Source: a virus
Reading direction: 5' to 3' (one strand)
Length of the DNA stretch: 64,000 nt
Virus record (IMG/VR): IMGVR_UViG_3300045282_000112
Location: 1 to 64,000 of that record
Shown here: positions 53,354-61,051 of the stretch, piece by piece
Position numbering within the stretch: position 1 is the stretch's first letter
Layout of the letters: each line of letters begins with the position of its first letter
Made by a program: the position numbers and the translations under genes
Notes under the pieces: generated by a model
Told to the model about the DNA's origin: nothing
The model's database searches: none
What the model saw: only the letters and a program-made list of their open reading frames with translations

Positions 53354-55788
53354 CTCAGGCGGCCTTGCTTTACCAGCTCCTTGTAGGTCTTCTTCACGTC
53401 CCGGTAGTAGCTGTTCCAGCTCGGCGTATGCTTGACGCTGCCCAGCTCGTATTCGAGGCGCGCCATCTCGGCCATGGTCTCGTGCATGCCCTGCCGTGTG
53501 GATGCGCCACTGTGCTTGACGGCGTTCCACCACTCGGTCGAGTAGTCGGTGAGCCCGTCCTCGTCGGCCAGCTTCTGCCAGTTCAGGTTATGCTTCACGA
53601 AGCGTTCGTAGATCGGGAACTGCTTGTCGTAGGGCGGGGCGAGGCTGCCGTCGGGGTGCATCCATCCCTTCCACGGTTTGTCGGGGTCGGGGCCCGGCTC
53701 GTTGACGCCCGGCAGCGCCTTCTGCATGGCCTCGCTCTCTGCCTGCAGCGCGTCCAGCACCTGCTGATACTGGATGTGCATCACCTCGTGCGAGGTGACG
53801 CCCGCGATGGTGCCCGAGTTCAGCTGGTCGGGGAACATCAGCACGGTGCCACGCTTGTGGCCGCCGGGTGGCTGATCCATCGAGTAGGCCATGCCCGCCG
53901 CCATGTATTCCCGCCCGCCCAGCACGAAGCGCGCGTCGGAAGGCTTGCCGATCATCACCGTCTTCGGGTCTGCCCCCAGCTCCTCGGCGACGTTGCGCGC
54001 CTCGTTCAGCGTGTGGTGCACGCCCATCAGGGTTTCGCGGGATGCCCAGACGTAGGGGTCCTCGCTCATCGGCGGGTTGACGACGTAGGCGCGCTGCAGC
54101 TTCTCGGCCTCCGACCATGAGGTGACGCGCTCGCCATCTGTCCGCGCGTAGCGCTCGCCGCGCTTGGCGTAGAGGGTGGTGACGTGCTCCGGGTCGTAGC
54201 TCATCAGCACGATGTCGGGCTCGCCCTTGTTGAATTTGGCGAAGGTCTCCTTATTCCAGCCGTCGGGCTTGAAGGTCTCGTTCCACGGCAGGCGTGCGGC
54301 GGCGCGGAAGCCCGCCTCGGCGTAAGCCTGCGGCAGCACGGTGTCGAAGCAGTCGAGGCGTCGGCCGCCTTGATCGACCGCCAGCTGCAGCGCCGACAGG
54401 GCGAAGTTGTCCACCTTGCTGTCGTGGTGCTTGAACACCGAGACGATGTTGTCGCCGTCGAGCGCGAAGCCAGCCTTGCCGTCGAGCGTCGTGAACAGCC
54501 GCAGCTTGCGATAGTCGTCGGGGTCCTTGATCTCCACCGCCGTGCCGTATTTGGTCGAGGCGGCAGCCGCTGCGATGGCGTCTTGCAGATCGCGGAAGTC
54601 GGTGCCCGAGCGGATCATGCGGGTGTTCAGCTCTTCGAAGTGAGCTGGCGTCGCCTTGTTGGTCTTCAGGTAAGCCTTAAATCCCGGCGTCGGCCGGAAG
54701 ATCATGCGCCCACCGCTAGTAATTGCTCTAAAGCTTCTTCCTTTGTAAGGCTTGGATGAGCTGACAGGACTTCGCGGAGGAGCTGGTGCATACGGGGGGT
54801 TAGACCCTGCTCCAGCATGCGCCGTGCCTGTTCCTCCAGTGGCGGCCGATGCTCCTCCTCCTGATCCTGCAGCCGAAGGTGAGCCCCCGCCGCCCCCGCC
54901 GCCTTCTCCGGTCCATTGTCCGCCGCCCTCTTCCCCTGCGGGAACTCGCGGTTGGTCTGGGTCATACGCGTCAATCCTCCTGCTGTCGCTGCTCGCGGCG
55001 GCGACACGCTTTTTCAACTCGGTCCAGTGCAAAGTGACACTGGGCGCGACGCGTATGCCGCGCCCCTGTATAAGTGGGGTGCGGGCGATCACATCGCCAC
55101 GGTATACGTTAACAATATCGTCGATTGATACACCGCCGATGACCCCTACCTCGTTTTCTGAGGTGCCCTGCACACGGCGCAGGCGCTCGTCGACGGGTTG
55201 CCGGATGGCGATCACGTAGGCGGGCCGGTCCCAATCGGCCTTCTGCTGCTGCGGCGCGAAGCTGCTGGCGTAGGACGCTGCCACGCTCGGGTCAGTGGCG
55301 TAGTAGGTCAGGCCCTTCTGCGCCTCGCCGATGTTGTATTCGCCCTTGCTGCGCACCTCCCCCGTCGCTTGGATGGCTTCGAACTCGGCCGCCGCCATGC
55401 CCCGGTAGATGATACCGGCAGAGCGTGCGCCCGGAAGGTCGCCCTGATGCGGGGCAGTCGGGATCAGCTGGTCATGTTCCATGTCGACCGGCTTGCCCTC
55501 ATACTCCAGCACCATCCGCTCGTGGCGGTAGAAGCGTGGGTCGTAGTGACCTATCGTGTCGCGGTTGGCTTGGTAGGGCACCCGCTTCTCGGGTCCTGCA
55601 GGCGTGAAGCCTCCCTCGCCCGAGGTCCACTGCCCCGACGGGTCGCGTGGCTGGTCGGGATCGAAGTCCTGCCACCGCTGCAGCCGCTGGGGCGGGCTGT
55701 AGGGCTCGCAATCGAAATGCGCTACCCAAGCGTCCCGAAAGCGGCTGGCGCGCTCCAGCAGGGCTGCAGGGGGCAGGAAAAGGCTCAC
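53350..55788 (-). CDS. multidomain protein: ART-like, GNAT-like and HExxH zincin-like domains
   Basis: GTG 55788 overlaps upstream stop; YRG/YYATD/ENE; GFAL.G..IVSVF...GG..LDCFD..L...Y..AGF; HEVMH...TDYS..W...HETMAE. Confidence 0.75.
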   Translation of the reverse strand: MSLFLPPAALLERASRFRDAWVAHFDCEPYSPPQRLQRWQDFDPDQPRDPSGQWTSGEGGFTPAGPEKRVPYQANRDTIGHYDPRFYRHERMVLEYEGKPVDMEHDQLIPTAPHQGDLPGARSAGIIYRGMAAAEFEAIQATGEVRSKGEYNIGEAQKGLTYYATDPSVAASYASSFAPQQQKADWDRPAYVIAIRQPVDERLRRVQGTSENEVGVIGGVSIDDIVNVYRGDVIARTPLIQGRGIRVAPSVTLHWTELKKRVAAASSDSRRIDAYDPDQPRVPAGEEGGGQWTGEGGGGGGGSPSAAGSGGGASAATGGTGTAHAGAGSNPPYAPAPPRSPVSSSKPYKGRSFRAITSGGRMIFRPTPGFKAYLKTNKATPAHFEELNTRMIRSGTDFRDLQDAIAAAAASTKYGTAVEIKDPDDYRKLRLFTTLDGKAGFALDGDNIVSVFKHHDSKVDNFALSALQLAVDQGGRRLDCFDTVLPQAYAEAGFRAAARLPWNETFKPDGWNKETFAKFNKGEPDIVLMSYDPEHVTTLYAKRGERYARTDGERVTSWSEAEKLQRAYVVNPPMSEDPYVWASRETLMGVHHTLNEARNVAEELGADPKTVMIGKPSDARFVLGGREYMAAGMAYSMDQPPGGHKRGTVLMFPDQLNSGTIAGVTSHEVMHIQYQQVLDALQAESEAMQKALPGVNEPGPDPDKPWKGWMHPDGSLAPPYDKQFPIYERFVKHNLNWQKLADEDGLTDYSTEWWNAVKHSGASTRQGMHETMAEMARLEYELGSVKHTPSWNSYYRDVKKTYKELVKQGRLR
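54702..54965 (-). CDS. nested +1-frame small ORF, candidate immunity protein
   Basis: AGGAGG 10 nt before ATG 54965; 87 aa ending VLSAHPSLTKEEALEQLLAVGA; TGA overlaps an in-frame ATG of host gene. Confidence 0.45.
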   Translation of the reverse strand: MTQTNREFPQGKRAADNGPEKAAGAAGAHLRLQDQEEEHRPPLEEQARRMLEQGLTPRMHQLLREVLSAHPSLTKEEALEQLLAVGA

Positions 55789-56549
55789 AGAGCGAACAGC
55801 TCCTCCCACATCGCCTGCGCGTTGGCGAGCGCTTGCGTGGCAGTAGGCCCGCTGCCGAGGCACCTGCCAGTGTGCATGGCCACGAAGCTCTCGGCTTCGA
55901 ACTGCTCGCGGCTGTCCATGGCGTAGGGTGAAACGGCGTCCTTGTCGGCGTAGCGGGCGACGATGGCGTCAACCACATCGGGCCCGTGCGCGGTGCGCAG
56001 CTCCTGCATGAGGATGTGCCCGAACTGGTGCAGGAGCGTGCCGTCGGCGCTGCTGTCGACCATCAGGCCCTTCCACTCACGCTCGTGTGCAGCGAGCTGG
56101 TCGGGGTGCCACTGGCGGGCGTTGAGGATAAGCTTGCCGTCGCCCGCCAGAACGAACTCGCGGTCGCCGAGGTCGCGCATCTCGACCTTGATGGGGCTGT
56201 CGATCAACGGGGAATAGTCCTCCGCGAGCTGGTCCATGGCGTCCTTGGCGTTGAGCTTGGCCTCGGTCTGCTTCATGCGGTAGCTGTAGCTCGGGCTGCC
56301 GTCCGGTCGCACGTCCTCCTCTTCGCCTGCGTCGTCGGGTTCCACGTCCCATTCGAGCAGGTTGTGCATGGGCATGGCGAGGTCGGAGGCGTTGAACGCG
56401 CTCTCCGGGCCCCATGTGCCCGTGCGGTTCGACCATGCGCTGATGACAGTGGTCTCTGGATTGCGCACCTCGGCGGCGCGGAACTGCTCGCCCTGCGGGG
56501 AGGTGACGTTGTAAACCCGCCGTGCGTTGGGCGGTCTGTCGGCGGCCAT
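55785..56549 (-). CDS. protein with degenerate zincin-like domain (HQxxH)
   Basis: LLHQFGH...VSPYA..S.E.FEAE.F; AAGGA RBS. Confidence 0.7.
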   Translation of the reverse strand: MAADRPPNARRVYNVTSPQGEQFRAAEVRNPETTVISAWSNRTGTWGPESAFNASDLAMPMHNLLEWDVEPDDAGEEEDVRPDGSPSYSYRMKQTEAKLNAKDAMDQLAEDYSPLIDSPIKVEMRDLGDREFVLAGDGKLILNARQWHPDQLAAHEREWKGLMVDSSADGTLLHQFGHILMQELRTAHGPDVVDAIVARYADKDAVSPYAMDSREQFEAESFVAMHTGRCLGSGPTATQALANAQAMWEELFAL

Positions 56550-56583
56550 TAGTTGTCCTTACAAATCGTTTGTATATGGTGCC

Positions 56584-58977
56584 TCAGCAGTCCTTCTGCC
56601 AGCCGCAGCCGTCACCGGAGCGGTTGTAACCCTCGACGTATCCGCGCTCCGAGGTCTTCTCGATCTCGTCGATGCGCGCCTCCTCCTCGGGGCTCTTGTT
56701 CTCCTTCGCCACGAGCACGCGGCGCTCCTCGTAGAGCTGGTGACCCTCGCCGAACTTGTATTCGAGCAGCGCGTGGGTGTTGAACTGCAGCTCGGTGACG
56801 ATGCCGTCCTTGGTGCGGAAGTTGAGCATCAGGTCACGGTAGCCTGCCATGGGGGTGAGGAAGCGGTCCTTGACGCGGATCACGTCGTTGTTTTCGACGA
56901 AGTCCGCCACCGCCTGACGCACGGTCACGCAGTCGTCGAAGGCGACGGTAGCGCGCAGCACATCCTTCAATCCCTCGGGTGGCACCTTCTCGTCGCGCAT
57001 CTTGCGCTCGGCCGACGAGCGCGCCTTCATGGTGCGGGTGCCGGGCTCGGCACTGGTAGCGGGCGGGTAGGTGACCTTGCCGCCGAACTTCTGTGCAAAC
57101 TCCTCGACCGTGCTCATGAACTCAGGCTCGGCGGTCTTGCAGGCCGCATACAGCTCGTCGATGTCGTTGGTCGGCTGTATCTGCTGATCCGGCGGCTGGT
57201 AATCCGCGCCCATGTTCTGCGCGATGTCGGTCTTCTTCGCGACCGTGGCCGTGCCCTTCGACTGCGGCGCGGTCTGGGTCTTGGTGCTGCCGGTAACCTT
57301 GGTCTCGCTGCTGGAGCTGCCGCCACCGCCGGGGCCGAACTTGCCCTTGTTGTCGGGCTGGCCGCGCGGGTGCTTGCTCTCTTCCCACTCGTCGCGCGAG
57401 CGCACGCCGAGTAGCTGCCGCACATGATCAGGATCGTAGTCGCGCGTGTGCCGGTAGCGGCGCAGGTTGAGGCGACCGGCGCTGACCGGCTTGGCGTCAC
57501 GGGTTGGCTTGCCGCCACCCTTCTGGAACGGGCTACCACCACCGGGCTTCTGCTGCCCCTGCTGGCTCGGGTGCTGGTTGCCCATGGCGTTGCCCGCCAG
57601 CATCTCCTTGCGCTTCTCGGCCTCGGCTTGCGCTGCCTGCTCCTCGGGGCTCTGCATGCTTTCGAGCGCGAGCTGTTCCTGATCCTCAAGCGCCTGCTCA
57701 AGGCCCGGGTAGACGCCATCCTCGATCAGCTGGTTCTGCCGCCCGATGCGCAACGCCTCGGCGTCGACCAGCCCCATCATGACATCAAGGTTGGTGACAT
57801 CGGCCTTCAACTTGGAGACCGCCGCCTTCTCGGTGGCGGGCATCTGCCACAGCGGGTTCCAGATGTAGTAGATCGACGGGTCGCGCTTGCCCAGTGCAGA
57901 GCGGATCAGTGCATCGTCAAGAGAAGCAAGGGCGGGAGACAATACATTGGTCTGATCTGAGTTAACTCGGTCGTAGTAGTTACGGACATCACTCTCTCCA
58001 GTAGACTGTAGTCCAGCAGGGGACTGTCCCAGCATACGTGTAGCGGGGATGTCTGCTGCACCGGAGGCGATGAGGAGATACATCTGCAGGACATCGGGGA
58101 GTTGCGTGAAATTCGCATTGATGCGCTCCCACTCCTCCTCCTTGTCGAGGAGCAGCGTGTTGATCACCGACTTCACCGAGTTGGCATACATGAAGCGTGC
58201 GGTGAGCCGGTTCTGATACTCGGCGGTGGCGATGTTCTGCGACAAATCGGGGATTTTAATGATGTCGAACTTGCTTTCGGTGACCAACGTCGCGATGGAC
58301 TGTGTCACCAGCGTCGCCGACATCACGGCGTCCTGCACGTTCTGCAGCACGGGATCGCCCCAGATTTCCCCCATCATCACGGGGTCGGGCAGCTGCATGC
58401 CCTTCAGCACGATGACCCGCGACGGGTGTATCTGGAACTCGTCGCGCGACAGCTCGGTGCCAACGTCCATGTTGCGCGTGAAGTAGAGCGGCTTGCCGTA
58501 GAGCGGGTCCATCACGTCCTTGATGAGCGGACCCGTGCCCAGCGCCCAGCGTGAGACGGGAATGATGAACTCCAGATCGCCCTTGCCGACCTTCTCGAAA
58601 TTCAGCGGCTGGCTGGCGCGTCCCTGCTTGATGCCCATGATGATCGCCGCGCCGCCGTAGAGGCGCGCCAAGATCAGCGCCTCCTTCAGCACGCACTGCA
58701 CATCGAGGCGCGTCTCTTCGGCCTCCAGCTTCTCGATGACGTTGGTGTCAGCCTGCCACGCACGCCACGCGCGGGTGGCATCCTGTGCCGGGATGTCGAT
58801 CAGCTTGCGGGCCAGCCAATTGGCGCGGTAAGCGCTCTCCAGCTCATACTGTGACAGCGGGTTGAACTGGAAAAACGACGCGCCCGAGGCGGCCTTGTCG
58901 CGCCCCGGCACGCCGAAGCCTGCCATGAGGTTGATCAGGCTGTCCTTGAACTCGGCAGTCACCCCTTGATAAGTCAT
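56584..58977 (-). CDS. portal protein (DUF1073-type) fused to C-terminal RelA/SpoT-like nucleotidyltransferase
   Basis: Portal: Y..NWLARK.IDIPA.D.TR.W, ARLYGG, IHPSR, A.DIP.TR..GQSP.G..STGE.D..NYYD. C-terminus: K...S..RK, D.LRA, KDRF, GYRD, ELQ, H.LYE. Confidence 0.88.
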   Translation of the reverse strand: MTYQGVTAEFKDSLINLMAGFGVPGRDKAASGASFFQFNPLSQYELESAYRANWLARKLIDIPAQDATRAWRAWQADTNVIEKLEAEETRLDVQCVLKEALILARLYGGAAIIMGIKQGRASQPLNFEKVGKGDLEFIIPVSRWALGTGPLIKDVMDPLYGKPLYFTRNMDVGTELSRDEFQIHPSRVIVLKGMQLPDPVMMGEIWGDPVLQNVQDAVMSATLVTQSIATLVTESKFDIIKIPDLSQNIATAEYQNRLTARFMYANSVKSVINTLLLDKEEEWERINANFTQLPDVLQMYLLIASGAADIPATRMLGQSPAGLQSTGESDVRNYYDRVNSDQTNVLSPALASLDDALIRSALGKRDPSIYYIWNPLWQMPATEKAAVSKLKADVTNLDVMMGLVDAEALRIGRQNQLIEDGVYPGLEQALEDQEQLALESMQSPEEQAAQAEAEKRKEMLAGNAMGNQHPSQQGQQKPGGGSPFQKGGGKPTRDAKPVSAGRLNLRRYRHTRDYDPDHVRQLLGVRSRDEWEESKHPRGQPDNKGKFGPGGGGSSSSETKVTGSTKTQTAPQSKGTATVAKKTDIAQNMGADYQPPDQQIQPTNDIDELYAACKTAEPEFMSTVEEFAQKFGGKVTYPPATSAEPGTRTMKARSSAERKMRDEKVPPEGLKDVLRATVAFDDCVTVRQAVADFVENNDVIRVKDRFLTPMAGYRDLMLNFRTKDGIVTELQFNTHALLEYKFGEGHQLYEERRVLVAKENKSPEEEARIDEIEKTSERGYVEGYNRSGDGCGWQKDC

Positions 58978-59022
58978 GTCAGTTACTTACCGTCGAAAGG
59001 TCGGTTGCAAACTGCATATCCA

Positions 59023-59118
59023 TCACGTCCCTTCATCGGGCTGGTCACCGCAGCGCCACGCCAGCGAGACGAGGAAGCCGACGAGCGCACCAGCCAAGAA
59101 GATCAGGGTCTCAAACAC
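59023..59118 (-). CDS. small membrane protein (lysis-associated?)
   Basis: MFETLIFLAGALVGFLVSLAWRCGDQPDEGT; overlaps previous ORF. Confidence 0.35.
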   Translation of the reverse strand: MFETLIFLAGALVGFLVSLAWRCGDQPDEGT

Positions 59119-59221
59119 CGTAGTGCTGTTGTGCCCACATGATGCCGACGACCACGCCGATCACCATGCCGCCGAACATCGCGAGCACGGCAAACAGCGT
59201 GCACAGCGCGGCGGTCGTCAC
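59111..59221 (-). CDS. small membrane protein (lysis-associated?)
   Basis: GTGA-coupled to endolysin stop; MTTAALCTLFAVLAMFGGMVIGVVVGIMWAQQHYGV. Confidence 0.4.
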   Translation of the reverse strand: MTTAALCTLFAVLAMFGGMVIGVVVGIMWAQQHYGV

Positions 59222-59910
59222 ACCATCACCTGCACTTCACGCCGCAGCTTGTCGCCGCACTCCCTCGCGCCCTGCTCAGTGCTGTCGAAGGCGAGGCGCG
59301 TGTAGTCCCACTTGCCTTCCTGTGCGACGCCGCAATTGGCCTGCACCTCGGCGTGGCTGAGCACGGTCTGCGGCGTGACCGGGATGCCGTAGAAGACGCA
59401 GAGGTCGGCGACGACCGCGATCAGCACTTCCCATTGGTCCTCGGTCATCGGGTAGTCGCCTGCGTCGAACGGGCTTTCCTTCGCGCCCGACATGCAGCAC
59501 AGCGAGACGCCGATGGACCCTGTGTTGAAATTCTTGGTGTGCGCCGCGTAGGTGCCGTCGCTGGTGCTGACGTTGTCCTTGATCGAGTAGGAGCCACGCA
59601 CCAGCTTGCCGTCGCCCTCGATCAGGATGTGGTAGTGTGGTGTGTCACCACCGCCCGCCTTGTGCGTGCCAGCGGTCCAGTGGCAGATGACACGCTCCAT
59701 GTCGCAGTCTGGCATCCACGACGGCGGCACAATGCCGGGGACGGGGCCTTCACCACCCTCCTCGACCTCGGGCGGCGCAGGCAGCGGTGCGAACTCGTCG
59801 AGCGCATCGAAGATCGCCTCCTCGGTGAGCGGCCCATACATGCCGTCGCTCGGACCCGGGTCGAAGCCCAGCGAGCGCAAGCGGTCCTGCAGTTCGTCGG
59901 TTCGCATCAT
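59218..59910 (-). CDS. endolysin: peptidoglycan-binding domain plus N-acetylmuramoyl-L-alanine amidase
   Basis: LQ.RL..LGFDPG..DG.YGP.T; HWTAG, YH..I..DG, AHT...NTGSIG, SH.E. Confidence 0.9.
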   Translation of the reverse strand: MMRTDELQDRLRSLGFDPGPSDGMYGPLTEEAIFDALDEFAPLPAPPEVEEGGEGPVPGIVPPSWMPDCDMERVICHWTAGTHKAGGGDTPHYHILIEGDGKLVRGSYSIKDNVSTSDGTYAAHTKNFNTGSIGVSLCCMSGAKESPFDAGDYPMTEDQWEVLIAVVADLCVFYGIPVTPQTVLSHAEVQANCGVAQEGKWDYTRLAFDSTEQGARECGDKLRREVQVMV

Positions 59911-59936
59911 GTCCTCCCGGTATGTCTAACTTGCAC

Positions 59937-59977
59937 GGCTACTTGCCCAACTCGCCCCATGAGTTGGGCAAGTAGCC
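59937..59977. repeat. perfect 17-bp inverted repeat upstream of endolysin
   Basis: GGCTACTTGCCCAACTC-N7-GAGTTGGGCAAGTAGCC. Confidence 0.85.
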
Positions 59978-60049
59978 TCCACCCGAAGGGTCCAGTGAAC
60001 CATCAGACCGGGCTGGGGGCGATGGGAAGGAACACCCTCGGGTGAAGCT

Positions 60050-60328
60050 TCAGTGTGGCAGTGTCGTCGGTCGCTGCGCGTCCTGCGTGACGCACACCTT
60101 GACGATGTCGAGCACGTTCGTGACCAGCCCAACGCGGCTCGTCTCCAGCGTGGCGAGGAAGTAGGCAGCAGCCACGACGAAGGCGAGGTTGAGCAGCACG
60201 ATCAGCAACAACACCGGCTGCGCGCCAAGCGAGCCTATGGCATCATGTGCAACGGCAATGCCTGCCTGCACCGCACCGGGCGGGTGCGCCGCGAGGATGA
60301 CCTGACCGTTGGTGGGGGGCTTGCCCAC
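60050..60328 (-). CDS. membrane protein, holin candidate
   Basis: Single TM QPVLLLIVLLNLAFVVAAAYF; upstream of endolysin. Confidence 0.55.
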   Translation of the reverse strand: MGKPPTNGQVILAAHPPGAVQAGIAVAHDAIGSLGAQPVLLLIVLLNLAFVVAAAYFLATLETSRVGLVTNVLDIVKVCVTQDAQRPTTLPH

Positions 60329-60341
60329 TGCATGCAGGCGC

Positions 60342-60668
60342 TCAGCCGCCGTATGAAAAGCTGACGCTGGCGCTGCCGCGCATCACGGTCACCTCGGTGT
60401 CGCCGCTCTCCGACTTGACCCACAGGCGTTCGCCCTCGACCGGGTCGAAGCCCTGCACAGTCATGGCGCTGCCGCGCGCCGACGAGCCGCTCGGCCCGGT
60501 CACGCGCACGTATTTCGGCGTGTCGGTATTGGGCACGCCGGGGCCGCCGATGCTGACGCGCAGCGTCTGCCCGCTGCTCACCACCAGCGTGCAGTTGAGG
60601 TTGCCCTCGCCGCTCACGTCGGTGTAGCCGTCGGCGTTGACCGGAATGCGGTGCGTGGTGGTGCCCAT
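60342..60668 (-). CDS. hypothetical beta-rich protein
   Basis: AGGAG RBS; 108 aa. Confidence 0.7.
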   Translation of the reverse strand: MGTTTHRIPVNADGYTDVSGEGNLNCTLVVSSGQTLRVSIGGPGVPNTDTPKYVRVTGPSGSSARGSAMTVQGFDPVEGERLWVKSESGDTEVTVMRGSASVSFSYGG

Positions 60669-60677
60669 GCTGATCTC

Positions 60678-61034
60678 CTATGCCTTGGCCTCGGCTCGGC
60701 TATCCAGTGCGGCAGAGTTCTCACGCATCACTTGTTTTAGAGCCTCGGATGGCGAGCCGCTAACGTCACTCACGCCGACGGTCGCGGCCTCGGTCTTCGC
60801 CGCCTGACCAAGCTGGTAGGGCATCCACGCGCACCAGAACGCACCGCCTTGCGGCTTGTCGTCGTCCTGTAGAAGCTGCACGGAGGTCTGGCCGTAGGGG
60901 ATACCCTCTTCCGCGATCACCATGAGGTTGACCATCTTGTCGCTGTGCACATGCGCAACGATGGCGGCTTGCGCCTTCTCCGGGGCCTTGCTGCTGTAAA
61001 ACCAGACGACGCGTCCGACAGTTGGCTTGATCAA
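60678..61034 (-). CDS. hypothetical phage protein
   Basis: IKPTVGRVVWF...AAI.A.V..D..VNL.V...W.PYQ pattern; TTG 61034 after AGGAG. Confidence 0.75.
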   Translation of the reverse strand: MIKPTVGRVVWFYSSKAPEKAQAAIVAHVHSDKMVNLMVIAEEGIPYGQTSVQLLQDDDKPQGGAFWCAWMPYQLGQAAKTEAATVGVSDVSGSPSEALKQVMRENSAALDSRAEAKA

Positions 61035-61051
61035 TGCTTTATCTCCTGTCA

